Of a stretch of 64,000 nt of DNA, positions 1-9,800 are shown one piece after another. Position 1 is the stretch's first letter. Every line of letters begins with the position of its first letter. The position numbers and the translations under genes were made by a program. The stretch covers positions 489,502 through 553,501 of the forward strand of contig CAVRGP010000015.1 of assembly GCA_963720755.1 (NCBI GenBank), given 5' to 3'. Under the pieces are notes generated by a model. It had not been told where the DNA came from. It was given only the letters and a program-made list of their open reading frames with translations, and ran no database searches. Origin of the DNA: an uncultured Chloroflexia bacterium. GTDB lineage: Bacteria; Chloroflexota; Limnocylindria; Limnocylindrales; CSP1-4.

Positions 1-1
1 G

Positions 2-2452
2 CGACAGAAGATCGATGAACTTCTCGATCATCTGGACCTGGAAGAGGCGGAGCGACGCTGGATCGAGCCCGCCCTGCTCCAACTCCTCGGTGTCGAGACC
101 GGGATCGCGTCGGACCAGTTGTTCGGTGCCTGGCGGACGTTCTTCGAGCGTCTGGCCGCGATCAACCCCGTCGTCATGGTCTTCGAGGATCTCCATTGGG
201 CGGATAGCGGCACGCTGGACTTCATCGACCACCTGTTGGAGTGGAGCCGAGCGATCCCTCTCTATGTGGTCACCCTTGCACGTCCGGAGCTCCTGGACCG
301 ACGGCCGGACTGGGGAGCCGGCAGACGCAATTTCACGAGCCTCTACCTGGAACCGCTGTCCGAGTCGGCGATGCGAGAGCTCCTCGCTGGCCTCGTCCCC
401 GGACTACCCGAAACGGCGATCCGGGCGGTCGTGGGTCGCGCGGACGGGATCCCGCTCTATGCCGTGGAGACGGTGCGCATGCTCGTGGCCGATGGGCGCC
501 TCACGGTCACGGCGGACGGGACCTACGCCCCCAGCGGGGATCTGGCCAGCCTGGCTGTCCCTGAGACCCTCACGGCCCTGATCGCGGCCCGGCTCGATGC
601 CCTGGACCCAGATGACCGGAGCCTCATCCTGGACGCGGCCGTCCTCGGACAGAGTTTCGCTCCCGGCGCCCTGGCCGCCGTCGCAGGGATCGACGAAGTG
701 ACGCTTGAGCCCCGCCTTCGCGGCCTCGTGCGACGCGAGCTGCTGGCCCACGAGACCGATCCACGGAGTCCCGAGCGCGGCCAGTACGCCTTCGTCCAGG
801 CGCTCATCCGCGAAGTGGCGTACAACACGCTCGCGAAGCGGGATCGCAAGACCCGTCACCTCGCGGCGGCACGCTTCTTCGAGCGTCTCGGCACCGATGA
901 GATGGCCGCCGCCCTCGCCGGCCACTACCTCGCCGCCCGTGAGAATGCGCCTGAAGGCCCCGAGGCCGATGCGCTGGGTGCCCAGGCCCGCGTCGCGCTT
1001 CGCGCCGCAGCAGAGCGAGCTGCGGCGCTTGGTGCCAACGAACAGGCGCTGACACTCCTGGAGCAGACGTTGTCCGTCACGACCGACTCGGCAGATCGAG
1101 CAGACCTCTTGGAGCGCGCCGGCGAGGCGGCGTCTCAGGCGGGCCACCATGAGGCTGCGGAACGTCACCTGAGAGCGGCGATCGATACCCGGCGGGAGTT
1201 GCACGATCGGATCGGCGTCGCCAAGGCGACTGCAATCCTTGGGCAATCGATGAATAACGCGTACCGGCCGACGGAGGCCATCGCCTTGCTCGAGCCCGCC
1301 ACCGCCGAGTTCGCCGACCTGGCCGATGACCCCGGCGTGATCGCCGCCGCGGGACAACTCGCTCGGGGCCACTTCCTGGCGGACGACAACCAACGCGCCA
1401 TCGAGGCAGCCGATGGCGTCCTCGAGTCCGCAGAACATGCGGACCTCTCGGCGATCGTCGCCGACACGCTGGTGACCAAGGGAACCGCACTTGCGAACCT
1501 TGGCCGCCCGACCGAAGGGCTCGCGCTCATCCTCGCGGGTGCCGCGCTGGCCGAGTCGATCGGCGCCGGCGTGACCCAGGTTCGGGCGGCCAACAACGCA
1601 TCCATCGTCGAGGCCTTGCGGGATCCACGGGCTGCACTCGAGACAGCTCGTCGCGGAATCCTCGTCGCCGGTCGGCTGGGGGCACGAGCGGTCGCCCTGC
1701 GCCTTCTTTCGAACGCGATCTCGTGGTCGATCCAAACCGGTGATTGGACCTGGGCGCTTGGAGAGCTCAGGATCGCGCTCAGCGAAGATCTCGAGGCAAG
1801 CGACCGCGTCCAGATGCTCGGCGCCGGGATCTGGGTCAACGCCCTGCGAGGGGAATCCACGACCGACGACCTCGCGGAGTGGGATCGCCTGGTCGGGCCT
1901 GACCCCGACCCGAGTGTGCAGGCGATGAAACTGTCGGTGATGGCCGATGTGGCGTTTGCCGACGGCCGTCTCGAAGACGCACGCACGCTCGGTGACCGAC
2001 AGATCGCGGTCCAGCCCAGCAGTGTCGTCGATGCGGCCGCTCGAAGCGCTCGATCCGCACTCTGGTTGCGCGATGCTCCGGCCGCCCGATCCGATCTCGA
2101 CGCCCTTGAGTCCTCCGGCATCCATGGGCGCACGATCGACGGCGAGCGGACGGCCATTCGCGCTGGGATCATGGCCCTCGAGGGCCGCAGCGACGAGGCG
2201 CTGACGACCTATCGGTCCGTCCTGATTGAGTGGCGAGACCTCGGCCTGACCTGGAACCAGGCCATCTGTGGTCTGGACATGGCGCAGTTGCTCGATCCTG
2301 CAGACCCAGACGTCCGCGCCGCCGCGGCGACATCCCGCGAGATCTTCGAGCGGCTGGGGGCCACACCGTTCCGCGATCGACTCGAAGCGGCGATTGCCTC
2401 ATCGCGGCCCGCCCCATCCAGCCAACCGGTCCCCGTAGGAGACGCTTCGTGA
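2..2452 (+). CDS. STAND-type AAA ATPase + TPR signalling protein (adenylate/guanylate cyclase-associated family), 5' partial
   Basis: Frame is open from base 2. Walker B-like VFEDLHWAD, GIPLY and YAFVQALIREVAY motifs, then helical TPR-like repeats. N-terminus lies outside the window. Confidence 0.85.
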   Translation, partial: RQKIDELLDHLDLEEAERRWIEPALLQLLGVETGIASDQLFGAWRTFFERLAAINPVVMVFEDLHWADSGTLDFIDHLLEWSRAIPLYVVTLARPELLDRRPDWGAGRRNFTSLYLEPLSESAMRELLAGLVPGLPETAIRAVVGRADGIPLYAVETVRMLVADGRLTVTADGTYAPSGDLASLAVPETLTALIAARLDALDPDDRSLILDAAVLGQSFAPGALAAVAGIDEVTLEPRLRGLVRRELLAHETDPRSPERGQYAFVQALIREVAYNTLAKRDRKTRHLAAARFFERLGTDEMAAALAGHYLAARENAPEGPEADALGAQARVALRAAAERAAALGANEQALTLLEQTLSVTTDSADRADLLERAGEAASQAGHHEAAERHLRAAIDTRRELHDRIGVAKATAILGQSMNNAYRPTEAIALLEPATAEFADLADDPGVIAAAGQLARGHFLADDNQRAIEAADGVLESAEHADLSAIVADTLVTKGTALANLGRPTEGLALILAGAALAESIGAGVTQVRAANNASIVEALRDPRAALETARRGILVAGRLGARAVALRLLSNAISWSIQTGDWTWALGELRIALSEDLEASDRVQMLGAGIWVNALRGESTTDDLAEWDRLVGPDPDPSVQAMKLSVMADVAFADGRLEDARTLGDRQIAVQPSSVVDAAARSARSALWLRDAPAARSDLDALESSGIHGRTIDGERTAIRAGIMALEGRSDEALTTYRSVLIEWRDLGLTWNQAICGLDMAQLLDPADPDVRAAAATSREIFERLGATPFRDRLEAAIASSRPAPSSQPVPVGDAS

Positions 2453-3091
2453 TCGAATGTCAAGCCGCCCACCGCCGCGAACGGCCCCCTGCTGCTCGTC
2501 GACATCAGTGGCTATACGGGATTCCTGCAGTCGGTCGCCCAGGCGCACCAGGACGACCTGGTCACGACCAGCAACGTCCCGGAGGCCTACGACATGATGT
2601 CGAACCTGCTGGGTGGCATCGTGGGCCGACTGGTGCCGCCATTCACCTTCTCGAAGCTCGAAGGCGACGCGGTCTTCGCCTATTCCGCCACGGCGGACGA
2701 CGTCCCCCACGGGACGGCCCTAATCGATTGTCTTCATGCCTGCTACGCGGACTTCCAGGACCGACTCGAGAAGGCGCATGACATCTGGACGTGCGGGTGC
2801 GGGGTGTGCTCACGGGGCACCGGGCTCGATCTCAAGTTCATCCTCCACAGTGGGCCATTCGTGATCCAGTCGATCGCCGGCAACCAGGAGCTCACCGGCC
2901 CGGAGGTCGTGATGGCGCACCGACTCCTGAAGTCGGGCGCGGCCGATCTCGTCGGCCACGGCGCGTATGCGCTCATCACCGATGCAGCGGCCCGAGGACT
3001 CGGCGTATCCGCCGATGGCGCACTCGCGTTGACGGAGACATACGAGCACTACACGCCGATCGAGGCGCACGTCTACCCGCTCCGCGACTGA
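2449..3091 (+). CDS. DUF2652 (class III nucleotide cyclase-like) protein, one extra base near the 5' end
   Basis: LLLVDISGYTGFL, KLEGDAVF, CGCGVC and LDLKFILHSG motifs. AGGAG then GTG at 2449 reads in frame only if one A at 2456-2457 is removed. Confidence 0.75.
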
Positions 3092-3431
3092 TCAAGGCCG
3101 GATATCACGTCGAACCGCTTCGTCCACGTCTTCGAGGTCGCCGCCGGTCCGATCTCGATCGCATCGGGGAGGCGTCTCCAGGTCGACCTGGTCGATGCCG
3201 ACAAGGGACTCCTGGCGATCCTCGTCGGCGGGTCGGTTCGCCGATGGACCTCCACGATGGCCGCTGCGAGGCCCGTGCTCGCCTCGATCACCTTCGACGA
3301 CTAGAGCGACCCGCTGTCGCTTGCCCCGGGGGAGTAGGTTGTGTGAGTCCGGTGCGCCCATGCACCTGTCTGGTCGAACGTGCCGGGGCCCGGTAGGCCA
3401 CGGACCGGTCATTCGTTAGCGAGGGAGATCC

Positions 3432-4199
3432 ATGAACCTGGTCGACACACTCAGCGAGTCGTTCAACAAGGCCGTCGCCGATATCGTGAATGCGATCCCG
3501 ACCGTGGTCGGGGCGCTGCTCATCCTGCTGATCGGCTTGATCGTCGGGCGGATCGTGGGCGGTGTCGTCACCAGGCTCCTGGCCCGCGCCAACACCGACG
3601 CGCTGTTCGCTCGCTACGCAGGAACGATCTACGGGGACGCCCCGGGCCAGTCCAAGCCGTCCGAGTACGTCGGCGCACTCGCCAAGTGGCTGATCTACCT
3701 CGTCTTCTTCCTGTCCGCCGCGAACTTCCTTGGCTGGACCCAGGTCAGCACATTGATCAACGAGTTCCTGGCGTGGCTGCCCAACCTGATCGTCGCCGTC
3801 ATCATCGTGATCGCAGCGCCGGTCATCGGCCGCATCCTGCGGACCGCGATCGATGCGTCGGGTGGCAGTCTCGGACTCTCGAACACGGACCTGCTTGGCC
3901 GGATCGCCGAGTTGGCGGTCATCGCCTTCGGCGTGATCATCGCCCTGTATCAGGTCGGGATCGCGTCCGACCTCGTCAACATCCTGTTCATCGGCCTGGT
4001 CGGCGGACTTGCCCTCGCCTTCGGTCTTGCATTCGGCCTCGGCGGTCGTGCCGTCGCCGAGGAGATGTCGCGCAACTGGTATGCGAGGTCGCTTGAGATG
4101 GCCGCGCACATCAACGATGCGACTGACGACTCTGCCCGATCGGCGACCCCGTCGCAGCAGCCCCCGCAGGCCCCGCGCCCACCGATGCAGGGCGCCTGA
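3432..4199 (+). CDS. Membrane protein with conserved TM-helix repeats (CmpX/MscS N-terminal-like)
   Basis: Multiple TM segments, WLPNLIVAVII and ALAFGLAFGLGGR motifs, SD GAGGGAG. Confidence 0.8.
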   Translation: MNLVDTLSESFNKAVADIVNAIPTVVGALLILLIGLIVGRIVGGVVTRLLARANTDALFARYAGTIYGDAPGQSKPSEYVGALAKWLIYLVFFLSAANFLGWTQVSTLINEFLAWLPNLIVAVIIVIAAPVIGRILRTAIDASGGSLGLSNTDLLGRIAELAVIAFGVIIALYQVGIASDLVNILFIGLVGGLALAFGLAFGLGGRAVAEEMSRNWYARSLEMAAHINDATDDSARSATPSQQPPQAPRPPMQGA

Positions 4200-4214
4200 C
4201 CGTCTGACCTCAAC

Positions 4215-4246
4215 GTGGCCCCGGCGCGTCTGACGCCCGGGGCCAC
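4215..4246 (+). terminator. GC-rich hairpin downstream of the membrane protein gene
   Basis: GTGGCCCCGG...CCGGGGCCAC inverted repeat with no U-tract. Confidence 0.45.
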
Positions 4247-4267
4247 CGCCCGGTCTATCCTGCCCGG

Positions 4268-5239
4268 GTGACCCGCCAGCGCATCCCGGATGACATCCTC
4301 AGTGCCGCACACGCACGCGCCCGGGCTCGGGCCTCCCACGACTGGGCCGAAGCCGATCGAATACGCCAGGAGATCGAGACGGCCGGCTGGAAGATCGCCG
4401 ATCGGGGTACCGACTTTGCCCTGACCCCCGAGACGCCACCCGACGTCCTCGACGACGGCCGGATCAGGTACGGGTCGAGTGCGAGCGTCCCCTCCCGCCT
4501 GGACGAGCAGGCAACGGGTCGCGCAACGATCGTCTTGATCGCGTCGGACGACGCCGCCTGGATCCCGCGGGTCGTCGGTCCGTCGGTCGCGATGCCCGAT
4601 GGAGTCTCGGTCGTCGTCGTCGCGGACGATCCCCCCGACGAACAAGCCGTCATCCTTGACAGTCTCATCGAACAGTCGCGACTCGATGGCGCAGCCCGGC
4701 CGGTCGAGGTCGCGTGGACGAGTGAACCGCTCGGGATCGGAGCCGCCCTGAACATCGGCATCCGGCGGTCGGCGGCGCCGGTCGTCATCGTCATCGACTC
4801 GAGCATCGAACCCACCGGTGACTTCGTCACGCCCCTGGTGCGGGCGCTCGACGATCCGACGACCGCCGTCGTAGGCCCGTGGGGGATGGTCGCCACGGAT
4901 CTGCGCCATTTCGCGCCGGGTCCGCCCGGGGCGGTCGATGTCGTCGACGGCGCCCTCCAGGCGTTTCGGCGCGAGGATGCAATGACGCACGGCCCCGTCG
5001 ACGAGCGATTCCGAACGTCGCGCAACCTTTCCATCTGGTGGAGCCTGGCGCTTCGCGATGCGGGCGAAGGTGGCCTCCACCGGCAGGCCATCAGCCTGCC
5101 AGGGCTTCCGGTCGGCCGCACCCTGCATGACGGACGCCGGCCGGAGCCTGACCGAGACCGAAGCCGGGATGAGCGGCGCGACTTCTACCGGATCCTCGAC
5201 CAATTCGGATCCCGCCGGGACCTCCTGATCAAGCCGTGA
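4268..5239 (+). CDS. GT2-like glycosyltransferase fused to an N-terminal CysRS C-terminal-like helical domain
   Basis: N-terminal ARARARASHDWAEADRIRQEIETAGWKIAD resembles the CysS C-terminus. GT-A-like region includes GIGAALNIGIRRSAAPVVIVID and DERF. TATCCT lies 6 nt before the GTG. Confidence 0.7.
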   Translation: MTRQRIPDDILSAAHARARARASHDWAEADRIRQEIETAGWKIADRGTDFALTPETPPDVLDDGRIRYGSSASVPSRLDEQATGRATIVLIASDDAAWIPRVVGPSVAMPDGVSVVVVADDPPDEQAVILDSLIEQSRLDGAARPVEVAWTSEPLGIGAALNIGIRRSAAPVVIVIDSSIEPTGDFVTPLVRALDDPTTAVVGPWGMVATDLRHFAPGPPGAVDVVDGALQAFRREDAMTHGPVDERFRTSRNLSIWWSLALRDAGEGGLHRQAISLPGLPVGRTLHDGRRPEPDRDRSRDERRDFYRILDQFGSRRDLLIKP

Positions 5240-6836
5240 CCTGGGCCTTCGCCGTGGCCGCCCGTTCGTCCTGGTGTTCCCAGACGGTCTTGAGCGGATC
5301 GCGTGGCCCCAGGGCGATGGCCGCGATCGGTGCAGCGATCAGGGTGACGATCCCCGTGCTGAAGAGCACGGTTCGGACGGCGTCCGAGTACGCAGTCGCG
5401 TAGGCGGCCCCGTCCGACGGATCGATCCCGGAGACGAGGGCGCCGTACTGGGGTAGGCCGATCGCCACCAGGATGCTGTGGAACGAGTCCACGGCCGTCG
5501 CGACCTCGGCGGGGGTCGAACCGACCAATGACGCCGCGTAGGAGTCGAGGGCGAGCCGGGTCACGAGAAGGGTCACGACCACCAGACCGGCGCGAGCCCC
5601 CAGGGCGACCGACACCTCGTTCAGGGCCGCGGCGGTCGCCGGCAGGCCACGCGGAACGCTGGCAAAGATGATCGCGGTCCGGACCGTCGTCGCGATGACG
5701 AAGCCTGCACCGATGAGCAGGAACGCCAGGGCGAACCCCGCGTACCCGACACCTGGTCTCAGGACGATCGCGATGATGACATTGCCCAACCCGACGGCGA
5801 CCACCCCCATCGCGATCAGTGAGCGCGGTCCGAACCGCCCGAGGAGGATCCCGGCAACCGGCCCGGCGACCACCAGCGCGCCCATGAACGGGATGGTCGC
5901 GAGCATTGCCAGAACGGGTCCATAGCCGAGGATCAGCTGGAAGTAGACGGGCACCTGGAGGAGCGTGGAAGCCTGGGCATAGGCGATGACGAAGCCGACG
6001 AACAGCGCCGTCGCGACCGCCCGGCGCTCGACCCGGCCGCCGATCGAACCACGATCCCGTCGTCGGAACTCGACCACGAGACCGCCGATGATCAGGGCTG
6101 CGCCGACGATCGTGAAAGCGATCCGGACGACATCCGCGCCGGAACCCTGGAAACCGAGGAGGCCGGATGCCAGCACCACGATCCCGAATGCCCATGTCGC
6201 CGTTGCCAGGATCGGCCAGCGGTCATTCCGCATCGGGGACGGCAGATCGTGCCAGGATCCCCGGGCGACCCACAACGCCACGATGGCCGACAGGGCGGCG
6301 GCCAGGTAGGCAAGCCAGGTCGGTCCGGTGGGACCGAAGAGCGTCAGCAGCACCGGGCCGGCCGCCATCGCCGCCCCATAGGCTCCATACGCGATCCCGA
6401 TCGCCGTAGCGCGTGGGATGCCCTGGTACCGGGTGGCCACCCCCGCCAGGGCCATCGGGAGGACCACGCTGGCGCTGCCCACGCCGACGAGTCGGACGAG
6501 CACGTAAAGCACCCCGTCCGTGACGAATAGACCGAGGATCCCGGTCGCGGCCATGCCGGCCAGCGCGACCAACATGATCCGTTTTCGACCATCGGCATCG
6601 CCGAGGACGCCCCCGAGGAGGAGCATCCCGGCGCCGATCACCGCGCCGATCAGGAGGAGTACCTGGGTATCGTCGTTCGAGCGGACGGCGGACTGGACGC
6701 TGGCCAGGCCGGGCGCGAAGGCTCGTGGGGCGAGTCCGGACGCGAACAGGGCCAGGCACGCAGCGACCAGCATGCTGAGTGCGCCCGCGTCCCTGCTCAG
6801 GTCGCGCAGGAATCCTGGGATCGCGACACGTCGCAT
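5229..6836 (-). CDS. MFS transporter (DHA2-like)
   Basis: Motif A GVLGDADGRKR and GRFGPRSL, about 14 TM helices. Start set at the ATG 7 nt after TAGCAT. Confidence 0.85.
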   Translation of the reverse strand: MRRVAIPGFLRDLSRDAGALSMLVAACLALFASGLAPRAFAPGLASVQSAVRSNDDTQVLLLIGAVIGAGMLLLGGVLGDADGRKRIMLVALAGMAATGILGLFVTDGVLYVLVRLVGVGSASVVLPMALAGVATRYQGIPRATAIGIAYGAYGAAMAAGPVLLTLFGPTGPTWLAYLAAALSAIVALWVARGSWHDLPSPMRNDRWPILATATWAFGIVVLASGLLGFQGSGADVVRIAFTIVGAALIIGGLVVEFRRRDRGSIGGRVERRAVATALFVGFVIAYAQASTLLQVPVYFQLILGYGPVLAMLATIPFMGALVVAGPVAGILLGRFGPRSLIAMGVVAVGLGNVIIAIVLRPGVGYAGFALAFLLIGAGFVIATTVRTAIIFASVPRGLPATAAALNEVSVALGARAGLVVVTLLVTRLALDSYAASLVGSTPAEVATAVDSFHSILVAIGLPQYGALVSGIDPSDGAAYATAYSDAVRTVLFSTGIVTLIAAPIAAIALGPRDPLKTVWEHQDERAATAKAQVTA

Positions 6837-6843
6837 GCCGTGG

Positions 6844-6884
6844 ATGCTACCCCGCGGGGGCATCTCGGCGAGCCGACCTATACT
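6844..6884. promoter_or_regulatory. Divergent leaderless -10 elements
   Basis: TATACT at 6879-6884 is 7 nt before ATG 6892 (+). TAGCAT at 6849-6844 is 7 nt before ATG 6836 (-). No SD on either side. Confidence 0.65.
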
Positions 6885-6891
6885 CCCGGCG

Positions 6892-8451
6892 ATGCGCCGT
6901 CTGTTCGCCCTCGCCATGCTCGCGGCGTTGATCGCTTCGTGCACCGGTCAATCGGCGGCCGCGTCGGACCGCCCGCTCAGGATCCTCAGCGGGGACCCGT
7001 CCGATCTTGACCCGGCCGCCCAGGGCGATGCGGGCAGCGCGGCGATCACCGCCCAGTTGTTCGAGTCGCTGACGTCGTTCGACGGTGACCTGCATATCCA
7101 GCCGGCATTGGCAGCGTCCTGGCAGTTCGCCGATGGGGGTCGCCAGGTCACGTTCCATCTTCGACCCGACCTGTCGTTCAGCGATGGTAGTCCGCTCCGC
7201 CCGAGCGACGTCGTTCGCAGCTGGCTCCGGATCATCGACCCAGCCCATCCATCCCCGCTGGCTTCACTGGCGTTCGACATCTCCGGAGCCGAGGCCTACG
7301 CCCGTGGCGCGTCGACCGACCCAGGGTCCGTCGGGCTTCGAGCCGATGATCCGGCGGGCGATCTCGTCGTGGACCTCGTTCGCCCGGCGACGGACTTCGT
7401 CAACATCGTCGCGGGGCCGACGTTCTCCGTCGTACCGGCGACCATCGACACGAGCCCGAACGCGCTGGATGCGGGGCCGGATTTCGTCGCGAGTGGCGGG
7501 TACGTCCTGACCGGCACCGCGGCCGACGGCCTGGAGTTGACGGCCAATACCCACTACTGGGCAGGGACACCTGCGATCAAGTCGATCACGCTCGTGGGAA
7601 GCCTGGGTGGCCAGAGTGCCGTGACGGCGTTCTCCAACGGGGACCTCGATTACACGCCGGTCTATTCGATCGACGCGACCTGGCTGGCCTATGACCCGCA
7701 GCTCGGACCGCAGCTCCGGCTCGTCAGCTCACTGTCCGTCCAGTACTACGGCTTCGAAGCCACGAAACCGCCGTTCGACGACGTCCGGGTCCGACAGGCC
7801 ATCGGCGAGGCCGTGGACTGGCGACGGATGGCCGCGCTGAGCGCAGGGGACGATGGGGGCCAGGTCGCGAATTCGATGGTGCCGCCCGGGATCCCGGGAC
7901 GCAGCGACGCGGATTATCTGCCGCGCTACGACCCGGTCGACGCCCGCCGACTCCTCGCCGAGGCCGGCTACCCGGGTGGCGCCGGTTTCCCGACCACCGT
8001 CCTGATGACCGACTACGCGGGGTTCGACGCGGCGATCGTCGGTGAAGTCAAGCGCGAGCTTGGGATCACCCTTCAAGCCGAGACGATGGGCGCTGGCTAC
8101 TTCGACCGCCTTGCGACCGACCCCCCGGCCATGTGGGCGCTTGCCTGGGTTGCCGATTACCCCGGCCGGAACGACTTCCTGGGGGTGCTACTCGACAGCG
8201 GCTCCTCCAATAACTACGGGCATTGGCATTCAGCGGAGTTCGACGCAGCGATCGCCGAGGCCGTCTCGGCCACGGATCCCTCGGCGGCAACGACGGCCTA
8301 CGACCGGGCCGAGTCGATCATCCGCGACCAGGTCCCGGTCATCCCCGTGACCTATGGGCCGGGATGGGCCTTGTCGCGTGACGGGCTCCTCGGCGCCGGT
8401 CAGAACGGACTTGGGATCATCCGGATGGCTGGCCTGTCGTGGGCGAACTGA
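6892..8451 (+). CDS. Peptide ABC transporter substrate-binding lipoprotein (family 5, OppA-like)
   Basis: Lipobox LIASC, LDPA, FESL, FSDGSPL, PPFDDVRVRQA, ARRLLAEAGYPGG and WVADYP motifs. Confidence 0.9.
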   Translation: MRRLFALAMLAALIASCTGQSAAASDRPLRILSGDPSDLDPAAQGDAGSAAITAQLFESLTSFDGDLHIQPALAASWQFADGGRQVTFHLRPDLSFSDGSPLRPSDVVRSWLRIIDPAHPSPLASLAFDISGAEAYARGASTDPGSVGLRADDPAGDLVVDLVRPATDFVNIVAGPTFSVVPATIDTSPNALDAGPDFVASGGYVLTGTAADGLELTANTHYWAGTPAIKSITLVGSLGGQSAVTAFSNGDLDYTPVYSIDATWLAYDPQLGPQLRLVSSLSVQYYGFEATKPPFDDVRVRQAIGEAVDWRRMAALSAGDDGGQVANSMVPPGIPGRSDADYLPRYDPVDARRLLAEAGYPGGAGFPTTVLMTDYAGFDAAIVGEVKRELGITLQAETMGAGYFDRLATDPPAMWALAWVADYPGRNDFLGVLLDSGSSNNYGHWHSAEFDAAIAEAVSATDPSAATTAYDRAESIIRDQVPVIPVTYGPGWALSRDGLLGAGQNGLGIIRMAGLSWAN

Positions 8452-9800
8452 TGCGCCGACCGCTTGCGACGGTGCTCGCCCTGGTCATGCTGGTCAGCGT
8501 CGTCCCGACGGCCACCGCGGCCGCTCTGGCCACGTTCGGAACGCCGAGCGCCACCTCGACGTATGGCCAGGGGATCGACTTCGCCCAGCCGGTCTCGGTC
8601 GGAGCCCCGATCGGACGAGTCGAGCTCCTGTTGACCGTGGCGGACGCTATCGGTCCGGACGTCACGGAGATCCCGGACCTGCCTGCGACCGGGTCAACGA
8701 CGTTGACCTATACGCTTGATACCTCCGGTCCTTCGCACCTCATCCCGAACACGAGGATCGTCGCTCGATGGCGACTGTTCGCGGCCGACGATGCGACCGT
8801 CGTCGCGCTCGGGCCGCCTGTCACGATCGTCTACGCCGACGATCGGTTCACCTGGCAGACGAAGTCCTCCGACCTTGTCCGGGTGCACTGGTACGAGGGC
8901 GATGCATCGTTCGCGGCAAAGGCGCTCAAGCTGGGCGAGGACGAGGTCCGGGCCACCTCGGAGCTGCTCGGGGTGACCGAGACGGACCCGATCGACTTCT
9001 TCGTCTATGCCAACGTGGATGACTTCTACGGCGCGCTCGGGCCTGGCGCCCATGAGAACGTGGCCGGCACGGCCTATGCCGACATCCGGACGTTGCTCGG
9101 GCTGATCCCTCCGGACCAGATCAACGACCCACTCGTGGCGGTCCGGATCCCGCACGAATTCGTCCACATGGTCTTCGATACCGCGTCGAAGAACCCGTAT
9201 CACAGCCCCCCGCGCTGGCTCAACGAAGGCCTGGCCGTGTACCAGAGCGAAGGGTACGGATCCAGCGATCGCGGCCAGGTGAAGTCGGCCGCACAGTCCG
9301 GGACCCTGATCCCCCTCGACGGTCTGACCGGCCAGTTCCCGAACGGCCAGGATTTCTTCCTCGCCTATGCCGAGAGCGTCGCGGCCGTGAAGTTCATGAT
9401 CGACACCTACGGATCAGATGCGCTGGTGACGCTCATCCGCTCGTATGCGGAGGGACGGACCGATGCCGAGGCCTTCACCGCCGCGCTCGGCCTGGATATG
9501 ACCGCGTTCGGGCAAGCCTGGTTCGAGGACGTCGGAGCGACGGCGCCGGAGCGGTTCGGACCGCAGCCCGCACCGCCCGGTCCGGTCCCTGCTGCCTGGA
9601 CCGGAGCAGGGGGTGCGCAGGCGAGCGGTGCCCCGCCAGCGACGGCCGCGCCCTCCCCGGCGACGCCCGGGTCCTCAGCGTCGGACGACGGGCTTGGCCC
9701 GGCGATCGCGTTGATCGCCGTGGCCCTCGCCGTGATCGCTGTCGCCGTGATCGCCATGGCACGCCGTCGCCGGCCGACTCGAACGGACGGTTGGTCGTGA
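8451..9800 (+). CDS. Secreted, membrane-anchored peptidase MA family (gluzincin) metallopeptidase
   Basis: Signal peptide, HEFVH...WLNEGLA, AYAES, Pro/Ala linker, C-terminal TM followed by RRRR. Confidence 0.85.
   Translation: MRRPLATVLALVMLVSVVPTATAAALATFGTPSATSTYGQGIDFAQPVSVGAPIGRVELLLTVADAIGPDVTEIPDLPATGSTTLTYTLDTSGPSHLIPNTRIVARWRLFAADDATVVALGPPVTIVYADDRFTWQTKSSDLVRVHWYEGDASFAAKALKLGEDEVRATSELLGVTETDPIDFFVYANVDDFYGALGPGAHENVAGTAYADIRTLLGLIPPDQINDPLVAVRIPHEFVHMVFDTASKNPYHSPPRWLNEGLAVYQSEGYGSSDRGQVKSAAQSGTLIPLDGLTGQFPNGQDFFLAYAESVAAVKFMIDTYGSDALVTLIRSYAEGRTDAEAFTAALGLDMTAFGQAWFEDVGATAPERFGPQPAPPGPVPAAWTGAGGAQASGAPPATAAPSPATPGSSASDDGLGPAIALIAVALAVIAVAVIAMARRRRPTRTDGWS

Noticed and set aside
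2450-3091. Genome-wide UGA recoding or selenocysteine, suggested by consecutive in-frame TGA codons
   Set aside because: Core genes (thrS, rplT, pheT, ruvA) end properly at TGA, no SECIS-like hairpin is evident, and a single-base indel explains the first case.
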